Under the pieces are notes generated by a model. The model worked only from the letters and a program-made list of their open reading frames with translations, had not been told where the DNA came from and ran no database searches. Both the position numbers and the translations under genes were made by a program. DNA of 59,966 bases from Chloroflexota bacterium (GTDB lineage Bacteria > Chloroflexota > UBA11872), in assembly GCA_034423235.1 (NCBI GenBank), contig DAOUIX010000186.1, positions 1 to 59,966 of the forward strand. Direction: 5' to 3'. The first letter of the stretch is position 1; every line of letters begins with the position of its first letter. This document shows positions 19,597 to 28,829 of the stretch, one piece after another.

Positions 19597-19746
19597 CGAC
19601 GCTGCTGTTCGCTTGGGATCCAGACTGGTTCATCACGCATGCGGGCATGGTAGGCGGCAGATTGGCGTGTGAGCAGGATCCAGCGGGGATTCAGGCGGCT
19701 ACGGCACTGGCTCGACTCATGTGTTCGTGTTTTGTACGGTATCCCG

Positions 19747-20286
19747 ATGAGGCGCCATCGGACGACGCGGGAGATTCGGTTGGCCGCCGGGCTGCTGCGG
19801 CGACGAGGCGGGCGGACAGCCGCAGCGCCGATTCCGGACGCCGCCGACCTGGCGCGAATCGCAACTGAACTGCGCGTCTACGAGCGCCCACTGCCGCTGA
19901 GCATCCGGGGGCTGCTGGCCAGCGTCGGCCGTGGCCAACCGGCACTTGTGGTCAATGCCCGGCTGACCGGCGCGGATCGAAACGTCAGCGCCGCCCACGA
20001 ACTCGGGCACTGGGTGTTGCACGCGGGCGCCACGGCCGCTGATCTATCAGGCAGCGAGCGCCAGCGCCACGAGTGGGAAGCGGATCGGTTTGCGCTGGAA
20101 CTGCTGCTACCGGCGGAACTCATCCGACGGGCGCTGGCCGAGCGGCGTTGCTCACTGCCAGCCGCAGCGGTGCGGATGGGAGTGCGTAGAAACTATCTGT
20201 CGCGTCGGATTCGTGAATTGAGGCTGGCTGATCAGCCTTTCTTGAGGAGAGGAAGCCCAGTGCGCGGGTTCTCGGACACGACGTAG
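19747..20286 (+). CDS. ImmA/IrrE-family zinc metallopeptidase
   Basis: SAAHELGHWVLH (HExxH), EWEADRFALELLLP, C-terminal HTH-like tail. Confidence 0.85.
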   Translation: MRRHRTTREIRLAAGLLRRRGGRTAAAPIPDAADLARIATELRVYERPLPLSIRGLLASVGRGQPALVVNARLTGADRNVSAAHELGHWVLHAGATAADLSGSERQRHEWEADRFALELLLPAELIRRALAERRCSLPAAAVRMGVRRNYLSRRIRELRLADQPFLRRGSPVRGFSDTT

Positions 20287-20432
20287 CCGTCGGGCATTTC
20301 ATCCACCGCGCCCTCACCCACCGATTTCGCGAAGTAGTAAATGCGCTGCTGACGACCGCCTCGCAGCGTCACCACCCGCGAGTGCAGATGGTACGTGTGC
20401 CCGGACTTCTTGCTGATCACGCTATACGCCAC
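20232..20432 (-). CDS. Small basic hypothetical protein (66 aa)
   Basis: GTG 20432 with RBS GGAGGA; AYSVISKKSGHTYHLH...QRIYYFAK...VSENPRTGLPLLKK. Confidence 0.8.
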   Translation of the reverse strand: MAYSVISKKSGHTYHLHSRVVTLRGGRQQRIYYFAKSVGEGAVDEMPDGYVVSENPRTGLPLLKKG

Positions 20433-20666
20433 AGTTGTCCTCCATGGAGCGCCGCGCTTGGCGCAATTGGCGAGTCGGGAGCATACAGTCAATCCGTCAC
20501 GCCACAAAACCCACGTCACGACGAACCCGCATGGGTCAGTTATGAGTGTTTATGGAGAGCTCGTATGAGATCGCCCGGACCTACGTGACAAGTGCGGGCG
20601 GCGTGGCCTTTCGCCAGCGTCAGGGGTCGGTGAGACTGAACACGGCGCTGGGCATCGTGAGGTCTG

Positions 20667-21476
20667 TTGACGAACGCACCGATTCCCTGGACCCCGCTTA
20701 GACCTGCGGTCATCCAGAGGCGCCTGCGCGCGCACGGGCTGGATGCGCCGGTGAGGGTGGCGGACCTGACCGGCTCGACCCAAGACGACGCGCTGGCCGG
20801 TCTGCGGTTGGGCGTGCCGCATGGCGCGGTATACGCAGCCGAGCGCCAGTCGCAGGGGCGCGGACGCCGCGGCCGCCGCTGGGTCACGACGCCCGGCGGC
20901 CTGCTGTTCTCCATCGTCTCGCGCATCAGCGCCGCGACGCCCGCTGCCGCCGGACGGCTGACCATCGCCGTCGTGGTGGGGGTTGTGCGCGCAGTCCAGA
21001 CGTGTACGGGCGCCTCGGCTTCCATTAAGTGGCCGAATGACCTGGTGTTCGGCCAGGCCAAGGCCGGGGGCGTGCTGGTGGAAACCCACGGAAACGCTGC
21101 GGTGGTGGGCGTAGGGCTGAATGCATGCAGCGCGGCTGGGATGGCCGAAGGACAGCCCACAACCGCCGTTGCCGCCTATGCGACCCGCTCGTTCGACCGC
21201 AACGACCTGCTGGCGGCCTGCGCGGTAGAGATGCTGGACGCCCTGGCGGCTGAAGGCGCCGCGTGGGACGCCGTCTATGCCGAGTGGGTCCGACGGTCGG
21301 TGCTGGTGGGACGCGAGGTAGAAGTGAGCGGCGCGATTTGTGCGCGCGGCGAGGTGGAGGGGTTCGATCCAGACGGCGCACTGCGGCTGCGCGACACGGC
21401 TGGCGATCTACGACGGATCAGCAGCGGCGCCATTTCGTTGCGCCTGGTCACGGACGCTCAACCTCCGTGTCCATGA
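20667..21476 (+). CDS. birA: Biotin-[acetyl-CoA carboxylase] ligase (no N-terminal HTH)
   Basis: TGSTQDD, AERQSQGRGRRGRRW, IKWPNDL, KAGGVLVE, VGVGLN. Confidence 0.92.
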   Translation: MTNAPIPWTPLRPAVIQRRLRAHGLDAPVRVADLTGSTQDDALAGLRLGVPHGAVYAAERQSQGRGRRGRRWVTTPGGLLFSIVSRISAATPAAAGRLTIAVVVGVVRAVQTCTGASASIKWPNDLVFGQAKAGGVLVETHGNAAVVGVGLNACSAAGMAEGQPTTAVAAYATRSFDRNDLLAACAVEMLDALAAEGAAWDAVYAEWVRRSVLVGREVEVSGAICARGEVEGFDPDGALRLRDTAGDLRRISSGAISLRLVTDAQPPCP

Positions 21477-24400
21477 GCAACCACGTGGCGGCGCTGCGGG
21501 CGCGGGGGGCTCGGTGGCGGCGCCAGGCGGTGCATCCGCCCGTGCCCGCCTGGATGTTGCACACGGTCACGTTTGTCATCGTGCTTGCCGTTGGCGCAAC
21601 CCTACGCTTCGTCGGCCTGGACTGGGACCAGGGCCAGCACCAGCACCCCGACGAGCGTTTCCTTAGCACGGTGCTGCTCCAGATCGAGCCGGCGCCGAAT
21701 CTGTGGACGTACTTCGATCCAGGCCGTTCGCCGCTAAATCCGTTCAACCACGATGTCTCGTTCTTCGTCTATGGCACGTTCCCGCTGTTTCTGGTCGAGT
21801 CGCTGGCGCGAGTGCTGGGGCGCAGCGGTTACGACGAGATCTACCTGGTCGGCCGGACGCTCTCGGCCCTGTTCGACCTTGGGACGGTGGGAGTGGTCTA
21901 CCTGCTGGCTCGACGGCTGCTGGGGCCATGGCCGGCCGTGGTGGCGGCGGCGCTGCTGGCGTTGACGGTGCACTCGATTCAGATCGCGCACTTCTTAGCC
22001 GTCGATACGTTCGCCACCTTCTTTGCCACGCTGACCCTCTGGCTGCTGGTTCGGTACTCGAAGTCCCGGGAGGCGCGCACCCTGGGGCTGGCGGGGATCG
22101 CCACCGGGCTGGCCATGGCCAGCAAGCTGAGCACGAGCCTGCTGCTGCTGTTGTTCGCGGGCTGGTGGACACTGACAGGCGCGCGCGCACGCGTGCTTGG
22201 CGACACCTGGGCGCGCCGCGGGGCATGGCTGGCACATCTGTTGGCATTCGGCGTATTCGCGGCGCTGGGCTTTCGGCTTTTTCAGCCCTACGCGTTCGCC
22301 GAGGCGTGGCCCTGGGACTGGCGGCTAGCACCGGCGTTCACGAGCGCGCTGGCCCAGCAACAGGCCATCCAGACGGGCACGCTGGACTGGCCGCCCGGCA
22401 TCCAGTGGGCGGGCACGATCGGCTGGTTCTTTCCGTTGGAACAGTTCGTCCGCTGGGGCGCCGGTCCGTCGTTTGGCCTGGCGGCGCTGGCCGGGCTGGG
22501 CCTGGCAGCGGTGGGATGGTGGCGCACCCGGAATCACATCCTGGTGCTGCCGCTGGCCTGGGGCGGGCTGAATTTTCTGGTCTTTGGCGCGTTCGTTCTC
22601 AAGACGATGCGCTACTTCCACCCGGTCTACCCCGTGTTGGCGCTGGTGACGGCCTGGGCGTTCGCCTGGGGCTGGAAGCGCCGGCGACGGCACCGTCTGG
22701 CCGCCTGGGTCATCGCTGCGGCACTGGCCACGGTGCTGGGCGCGACGGCGCTCTGGGCGCTGGCCTTCACGCAGATCTACGGCCGTGACCACTCGCGCGT
22801 CGCGGCGTCCGCCTTCATCTACGCCAACGCGCCGCCCGGGTCCACGATTGCCGTGGAGCATTGGGACGACGCGCTGCCTCTGCCGCTGGATGGACTGCAT
22901 CCAGCCCGATTCCGGCAGGTGCAGGTTCGGGTCTACGACCCCGATCGCGAGGCCAAGCGGACGCACCTGATCGAGGCACTCAACCAAGCCGACCTGGTAG
23001 TGCTGGCGAGCGATCGGGGTGCGGCCACCATTCCGCGCATGCCCCAGCGCTATCCGCTGACGGCGCGCTACTACGCGGCCCTGGATGACGGGTCTCTGGG
23101 ATTTGACCTGCTGGCGCGCTTCGAGTCCCGTCCCTCGCTGGGTCCCTGGGTCATCGACGACCGTTCGGCCGAGGAGGCGTTCAGCGTCTACGACCATCCC
23201 ACGGTCTCAATCTACGCGCGCCGCGGCGACGAGACGCCTGCCGACATCCAGCGTGCCCTGGGTTCAGTTGACCTTCGCGGTGTCGTGCAGGTGCTGCCCA
23301 AGGACGCCGTCACCCGCCGCACGGACCTGACGGCAACCGAAGCCGCACGCGTGGAAGCCCAGGCCGGCTGGCCCGCCCAGTTCCAGGAGCGGCCGCTGCG
23401 CGGGGCCGGGGCAGTGGCGGCCTGGTTCGCCGCGGTGTGGCTGGCGGGGCTCCTGACCTGGCCGCTCGTGTGGCTGGCGCTGCGGCGGCTGCCCGACCGC
23501 GGCTACGCAGCCGCGCGGGTGCTGGGGCCGGCGGCTGCGGTCGTACCGGCCTGGTGGCTGGCCAGCCTGGATGTGCTGCCGTTCGACGTGCCGGCGGTTC
23601 TGGTTGGCGCGGGGTTGATGGCCGCGGCCGCGGCCCTGGTGATCTGGCGCCGACGGCAGGTGCTACGCCGATCGCTGCCTGCGGCCGCGGGGCCAGTTCT
23701 GCTCACCGAGCTACTTACGCTCCTGGCATTCGGCGTCATGTTGCTGCTCAGGACTCGCAACCCGGACCTCTGGCATCCGGTCTTTGGCGGCGAGAAACCC
23801 ATGGACGTCGCGCATCTCAACGCCGTAATCCGCAGCCCCGCGTTCCCGCCCCACGACCCGTGGTACGCCGGCAGCCGGCTGAACTACTACTACCTGGGCC
23901 ACGTACCAACGGCGGCCCTGGCCAAGACGCTGGGCGTGCTCCCGGCCACGGCCTATAACCTGGCGGTTGCTGGTGCGTTCGCGGCGGCGGTGACGGCGGT
24001 GTTCGGCGCAGCGGCGGGCCTGTGGTCGCTGCTGGGCCGGCGCTGGCGCGAGGCGGCGGCGGTGGGCACGGCCGCGGTGGTGCTGGTTCTGCTGGCCGGC
24101 AACCTGCACGTGGCCTTGCAGCTGGCGGTGGCCGCCCAGCGGCAGGCGGGCGCGACGGGGATTGCCGCGCTGGAGCTACCAGACTTGCTGTTCAACGGCG
24201 GGCTGGCCCAGGCGTTTGACTTCTGGGCCGCCACGCGGGTGATCCCCCGGACGGTGAACGAGTTCCCCTGGTTCACGTTCATGTACGGCGACCTGCATCC
24301 GCACCTCATGAACTTCGCTCACACTGGCACGGCGTTGATCGGCGCCGTCGGCATCGTAGGCCTCGGAGAGGCCACGCGGCGCCAGCGTGTGACCGGTTGG

Positions 24401-25738
24401 CGCCCGTGGGCAGCCGGGCTGGTGTTTCAGACATTCGTCCTGGCACTGCACCGGGTCGTCAACCCGTGGGACTACCCCACCTACACCGTCATTACGCTCG
24501 CCTCGCTCGCGTACGCGCTCTGGCGGAGCGGCCGGCTCGATTCACGAGGGTTGGCCGCGACGCTGCTCGGCGTTGGCGTGGGCCTGACGGTGGTCTCGCA
24601 GCTACTCTTTCAGCCGTTTCATGCGGCCTACGTGGACTTCTACGGAGGCTTGGATCTCACCCCCAACACGACGCCCGCGGTCCAGTGGCTGCTCATCTTC
24701 GGGCTGCCGATCGCGGTGCTCGCATCGTACGCAGCGCTGCGACTGGTCGAGAGCCTGCGGGAACGGCCGCCACAGGTCGTCCTGAAGGCTTCGGGGAGCA
24801 TCGCCGGTGTACTTCTAGTAGCGGGACTCATCGGCGCCGGCGCCGACTGGTCGACCCGCGCGCTTATCGTCGGCCTGCTGATTCTGGGCGCCAGCGCGGC
24901 CTGGCGAGTGCGTAGCCAGCCCGCGGCCCTGGCGCCCCTGGCCCTGCTGCTGGCGGGCGTGGGGCTGACGGCAGCCCCGGAGTTCATCGTGGTGCGCGAT
25001 GACATCGGCCGGCTCAACACGATCTTCAAGTCATACCTGCAAGCCTGGACGTTCCTGGGTCTTGGCGCAGCGCTGGCCCTGCCGTACCTGGCGCGTGTGC
25101 TGCGGCCTCGGCGCGGTGGCCGCTTTCTTTCGGCGCGGGTTGCGTGGGCCGCCAGCCTGGCGCTGCTCGCGGCCGCGGCTCTGTCGTATCCGCTGCTGGC
25201 CATGCCTCACAAGCTGGACCTGCGCATTCAGCCGCTCCCCGCGACGCTGGACGGCGAAGCCTTCATGGAAGGCGGTCTGATCTACGATCAGGGCGTGCCG
25301 GTCGAACTCAGCGCCGACCGCCGCGCCATTGAATGGCTGCGTGGGAACCTGGTTGGCGCGCCGGTGCTGGCGGAGACGCCAACCACCATCTATCGCTGGG
25401 GCGGGCGAATCTCGGTGTATACAGGCCTACCCACCATCATGGCCTGGGACTGGCACGCCAAGCAGCAACATTGGGGCTTTGTCCATGAGGTCGAGGCGCG
25501 CTTCGACGACGCGCGCGAGCTGTTTGCGACCAGGGATCACCGTCGGGCGCGGGCGCTACTCTCGACGTTCAACGTCGGTCTGATCTACGTTGGCGAACTG
25601 GAACGGAGCATCTATGCGGCCGAGTCACTGGCAAAGTTCGACCGCATGGAGGCGTTTGGGATTCGCGCGGTCTACCGCGACGGCGATACGGTGATCTATC
25701 GCGTGGATCCCAGCAGTCTATCCCCGCCGGCCGGATGA
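21473..25738 (+). CDS. Large membrane GT-C protein: PMT/GT39-like domain fused to DUF2298 (Chlor_Arch_YYY)
   Basis: HPDERF, YGTFPL, WHPVFGGEKPMD, PPHDPWYAG..LNYYYLGH, NEFPWFTFMYGDLHPH, DDIGRLNTIFKSY; ATG 21473 overlaps birA stop. Confidence 0.88.
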   Translation: MSNHVAALRARGARWRRQAVHPPVPAWMLHTVTFVIVLAVGATLRFVGLDWDQGQHQHPDERFLSTVLLQIEPAPNLWTYFDPGRSPLNPFNHDVSFFVYGTFPLFLVESLARVLGRSGYDEIYLVGRTLSALFDLGTVGVVYLLARRLLGPWPAVVAAALLALTVHSIQIAHFLAVDTFATFFATLTLWLLVRYSKSREARTLGLAGIATGLAMASKLSTSLLLLLFAGWWTLTGARARVLGDTWARRGAWLAHLLAFGVFAALGFRLFQPYAFAEAWPWDWRLAPAFTSALAQQQAIQTGTLDWPPGIQWAGTIGWFFPLEQFVRWGAGPSFGLAALAGLGLAAVGWWRTRNHILVLPLAWGGLNFLVFGAFVLKTMRYFHPVYPVLALVTAWAFAWGWKRRRRHRLAAWVIAAALATVLGATALWALAFTQIYGRDHSRVAASAFIYANAPPGSTIAVEHWDDALPLPLDGLHPARFRQVQVRVYDPDREAKRTHLIEALNQADLVVLASDRGAATIPRMPQRYPLTARYYAALDDGSLGFDLLARFESRPSLGPWVIDDRSAEEAFSVYDHPTVSIYARRGDETPADIQRALGSVDLRGVVQVLPKDAVTRRTDLTATEAARVEAQAGWPAQFQERPLRGAGAVAAWFAAVWLAGLLTWPLVWLALRRLPDRGYAAARVLGPAAAVVPAWWLASLDVLPFDVPAVLVGAGLMAAAAALVIWRRRQVLRRSLPAAAGPVLLTELLTLLAFGVMLLLRTRNPDLWHPVFGGEKPMDVAHLNAVIRSPAFPPHDPWYAGSRLNYYYLGHVPTAALAKTLGVLPATAYNLAVAGAFAAAVTAVFGAAAGLWSLLGRRWREAAAVGTAAVVLVLLAGNLHVALQLAVAAQRQAGATGIAALELPDLLFNGGLAQAFDFWAATRVIPRTVNEFPWFTFMYGDLHPHLMNFAHTGTALIGAVGIVGLGEATRRQRVTGWRPWAAGLVFQTFVLALHRVVNPWDYPTYTVITLASLAYALWRSGRLDSRGLAATLLGVGVGLTVVSQLLFQPFHAAYVDFYGGLDLTPNTTPAVQWLLIFGLPIAVLASYAALRLVESLRERPPQVVLKASGSIAGVLLVAGLIGAGADWSTRALIVGLLILGASAAWRVRSQPAALAPLALLLAGVGLTAAPEFIVVRDDIGRLNTIFKSYLQAWTFLGLGAALALPYLARVLRPRRGGRFLSARVAWAASLALLAAAALSYPLLAMPHKLDLRIQPLPATLDGEAFMEGGLIYDQGVPVELSADRRAIEWLRGNLVGAPVLAETPTTIYRWGGRISVYTGLPTIMAWDWHAKQQHWGFVHEVEARFDDARELFATRDHRRARALLSTFNVGLIYVGELERSIYAAESLAKFDRMEAFGIRAVYRDGDTVIYRVDPSSLSPPAG

Positions 25739-25775
25739 TGGATTCGACGGCGGAAGTGCGGAGGGAGGGCCTGAC

Positions 25776-26123
25776 ATGGCGACGCAACTCCTGAGCCGCG
25801 TGGTGTTGCAGCAGGTAACGCAGCAGGTGTTGCCGCGGGTGCTGCAGCAACTACCAGAACTGATGGCGCGCACCCAGGCCGGCTCACCCCAACAGGCGCA
25901 GATCCCGGACCTTGCGCGGATGAACGCACTGGCCATCGGCGAGGTGCGCGCCGAAGTTGGGCAATCGCAGGCGCGGGCCGACCGCCACGAGGCCCGCCTG
26001 GATCGTCTGGAAGAACAAGCAAGCTGGCGACGCACGGCGCTGACGTTTGCGACGGCCGTCGTGGCCTACGGCATCGGCTTCGGCACAGCCGTCGTCCTTG
26101 CGCTCCTGGGCGCGTTTGGCTAG
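25776..26123 (+). CDS. Hypothetical coiled-coil protein with C-terminal TM
   Basis: RBS GGAGGGAGG; Gln-rich helix; C-terminal hydrophobic segment. Confidence 0.65.
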   Translation: MATQLLSRVVLQQVTQQVLPRVLQQLPELMARTQAGSPQQAQIPDLARMNALAIGEVRAEVGQSQARADRHEARLDRLEEQASWRRTALTFATAVVAYGIGFGTAVVLALLGAFG

Positions 26124-26197
26124 GCCAGGGGATGCGATGGGTCACCGAGATGGTGCGGCGGGCGAACGTCGATCGACCCGGCTGATGGTGCCTGGCC

Positions 26198-26920
26198 ATG
26201 CACGCTGACCTGACCGGCGCCTTCACGAGAGTGACAGACGCGCTGGGCGACGATCCGAACCTGATCACCACGCTGGAGGTCGTGGACACGCTCAACGAGA
26301 TGGTGGAGGGCGTGCATCCAATCCTGCGCTGCCCCAGCGGTTGCGCCCGCTGTTGTTACCAGCAGGTCTTTATCAGCGAAGAGGAATGGGCCATCCTGCT
26401 GCCGGCGCTGCACCGCGACTCCACCGCCGACGAGCGGCGCCGAATCGTGCGGCGCGCCCGCCGACTCCTCGACCGTAAGCGCGGTCCGCTGCGGCGCGCG
26501 GTACGCGCCCGGAACATCGAGGAACTGAGTCGGTTAACCATGAATGTGGACCGGCGTCGTGTGCAGCGGTGCGTGCTGCTGACCAGCGATAACCGTTGTG
26601 CCGGGTATACCGGCCGGCCCATGGTCTGTCGCGCGTTCGGTCGCGTATCGCACAGCCTCGATCACCCCATGCTGTGCAAGATCTTCCTGGACCGGCTGTC
26701 GGACGCGGGCACTTCGCACCGGGACTTGCAGCTGGCCGACTTCGGCCCGGTTCGCTCGGCCTATCTGCTCGGCGCCGCGGAGGACCTGGGCTTCACCCTG
26801 CTCCCGATCTTCGTGGTGCTGCACGCGGACGCCGACGGCGACCTGCTGCGGGAGCCGCAGCCGCTGCCGCGCGACGGCAGTTGGCCGATATTGTCCCGCG
26901 AGGAGGTCGTCCACCTTTGA
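26198..26920 (+). CDS. YkgJ/UPF0153 (CxxCxxCC) cysteine-cluster protein
   Basis: CPSGCARCC...CVLL..NRCAGYTGRPMVCRAFG. Confidence 0.82.
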   Translation: MHADLTGAFTRVTDALGDDPNLITTLEVVDTLNEMVEGVHPILRCPSGCARCCYQQVFISEEEWAILLPALHRDSTADERRRIVRRARRLLDRKRGPLRRAVRARNIEELSRLTMNVDRRRVQRCVLLTSDNRCAGYTGRPMVCRAFGRVSHSLDHPMLCKIFLDRLSDAGTSHRDLQLADFGPVRSAYLLGAAEDLGFTLLPIFVVLHADADGDLLREPQPLPRDGSWPILSREEVVHL

Positions 26921-28827
26921 CCGAGTCCGCAGACGCACTGGCCCCGATGACCGTGGGCACAGCCGGTCATGTGGATCACGGCAAATCCACCCTGGTTGAA
27001 GCGCTGACCTCCATCTTTCCGGATCGACTGGCGGAAGAGCGCGAACGGGGATTGACTATCGACCTGGGCTTCGCCTGGTTCACTCTGCCCAGCGGACGCG
27101 AGGTGTCAGTGGTGGACGTGCCCGGGCACGAACGCTTCGTGTCAAACATGCTGGCCGGCGTGGGCGGGATCGACGCGGTGCTATTGGTCATTGCGGCGGA
27201 CGAGGGGGTGATGCCACAAACCCGAGAGCACCTGGACATCATCGACCTGCTGGAGATCGACACGGGCGTGGTGGCGCTGACCAAGTCCGACCTTGTCGAC
27301 GACGAGTGGGTGGAGCTGGTTGAGGAAGACGTGCGCGATGTCCTGGCAGGAAGCCGTCTGCGCGATGCGCCCATCGTTCATGTCTCAGCCCACGCCCGGT
27401 CTGGGCTGGACCCGCTGGTTGAGACGATCGACCGGGTGTTGGCCAGCCTTCGCCCAAGGCCGGAGGGCGGCGGCGCGCGCATTCCAATTGACCGAGTCTT
27501 CACGATGCCCGGGTTCGGCACCGTGATCACCGGCACGCTCTCGGGTGGACCGCTGCGCGTGGGCGATCAGCCCAGTCTCCATCCAGGTACACGCAGCGTC
27601 CGGGTCCGGGGCTTGCAGTCCCATCAAACAGCCCTCGACACCGCCCAGCCCGGACGCCGGGTCGCGGTCAATTTGGGCGGTACAAACCCTTCGCAGATCC
27701 GGCGGGGTGACGTGCTGGCGGTCGCGGGCGCGGTGTTCGAGACTCGCCGCATCGACGCCCGGCTGCGCATGCTCCCCTCGGCCCCGCGGGCGCTCAAGCC
27801 AGGGGAGGATGTGGCGCTGCACATCGGCGCGGCCTCACGCGTGGCGCGGCTCCGGCTGCTGGAGAGCGACCCCATTCCGCCGGGCGGGTCGGGCTGGGTC
27901 CAGTGGCGCCTGGACGCCCCCATCGCCGCGCGCCGGGGCGACCGTTATGTGATCCGGAGGCTGTCTCCCGCAGCCACCGTTGGCGGCGGCAGCGTGGCTC
28001 GCGCCCTGGCACGCCACGCGCCTCGAGGAGACTCGGCGACACTTGCCACCTTGTCACGGGCCGCGGCCGGCGATCCGCTTGCGTTGGTGCGCGATGCGCT
28101 GGCCGACGACCTGGTCACACCAGGCGACTTGTCGCGCCGAACCGAACTTGACACGGAGACCCTCGAGCGAGCCGTCGCCGAGCTCACCGCGGCCGGTGAA
28201 GCGGGAGTGCTGCGCAGCTACCTGGGAAGCACCCAGACCATCGTACGGTTGACTTCGGCGTTGCTGGCGGCGCTACGGAAGCACCACGAGTCCGATCCGG
28301 GAGCAGCCGGTCTCAGAAGCTCCGACCTCGCCCGCACGCTTGACCTGCCGGCCAACGCCGTAGCCGAACTTGCGGCAGCCGCTGCCGCGGGCGGATCGGT
28401 GCACATCGACGGGCCGTGTATCGCCCTGGCCGGTCACCGAGTCGAACTCAACGAGGCCGAGAAGCGAACGGCGCTTCGGCTGCTGGCCCGGCTCGATCAC
28501 GGCGGCTCGGCGCCGCCCTCGCTGACCGAGGCGCTGACGGCCAGCGGAGGAACTCCCAGGCTGGCAGCGGCGCTGGCCCAGGACGGGCGGCTGGTGCTGC
28601 TGGCGCCCGATATCGCGCTCTCGCGCAAAACCTACGATGTTTGGCTTCACGCCGTTCGCGGCCTGTTCGAAACGACCCCGGCGGTGACCGTTCGCGAAGT
28701 GCGGGACGCGCTTGGCACCAGCCGCAAATACGCGCTGGCGTTGCTCGAATACCTGGACAGTCGCGCGGTGACTCGTCGCGTGGGCGACGCGCGCCTGTGG
28801 CTCGGCAAGGACTCCAAGCGCGCCTAG
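26917..28827 (+). CDS. selB: Selenocysteine-specific elongation factor SelB
   Basis: VGTAGHVDHGKS, ERERGLTIDLGFAW, DVPGHERFVSNMLAG, C-terminal winged helix RDALGTSRKYALALLEYLD; start TTG 26917 or ATG 26947. Confidence 0.95.
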   Translation: MTESADALAPMTVGTAGHVDHGKSTLVEALTSIFPDRLAEERERGLTIDLGFAWFTLPSGREVSVVDVPGHERFVSNMLAGVGGIDAVLLVIAADEGVMPQTREHLDIIDLLEIDTGVVALTKSDLVDDEWVELVEEDVRDVLAGSRLRDAPIVHVSAHARSGLDPLVETIDRVLASLRPRPEGGGARIPIDRVFTMPGFGTVITGTLSGGPLRVGDQPSLHPGTRSVRVRGLQSHQTALDTAQPGRRVAVNLGGTNPSQIRRGDVLAVAGAVFETRRIDARLRMLPSAPRALKPGEDVALHIGAASRVARLRLLESDPIPPGGSGWVQWRLDAPIAARRGDRYVIRRLSPAATVGGGSVARALARHAPRGDSATLATLSRAAAGDPLALVRDALADDLVTPGDLSRRTELDTETLERAVAELTAAGEAGVLRSYLGSTQTIVRLTSALLAALRKHHESDPGAAGLRSSDLARTLDLPANAVAELAAAAAAGGSVHIDGPCIALAGHRVELNEAEKRTALRLLARLDHGGSAPPSLTEALTASGGTPRLAAALAQDGRLVLLAPDIALSRKTYDVWLHAVRGLFETTPAVTVREVRDALGTSRKYALALLEYLDSRAVTRRVGDARLWLGKDSKRA

Positions 28828-28829
28828 TC

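Noticed and set aside
19715-19729. LexA/SOS box upstream of the IrrE-like gene
   Set aside because: Only the GTTCG half-site; the GAAC half is missing
26596-26916. ORF-track N-terminal extension of SelB (similarly 21263 for the YYY protein, 59387 for the capsid, 12829 for RsfS)
   Set aside because: Overlaps upstream genes or lacks an RBS; family homology starts at the later starts given
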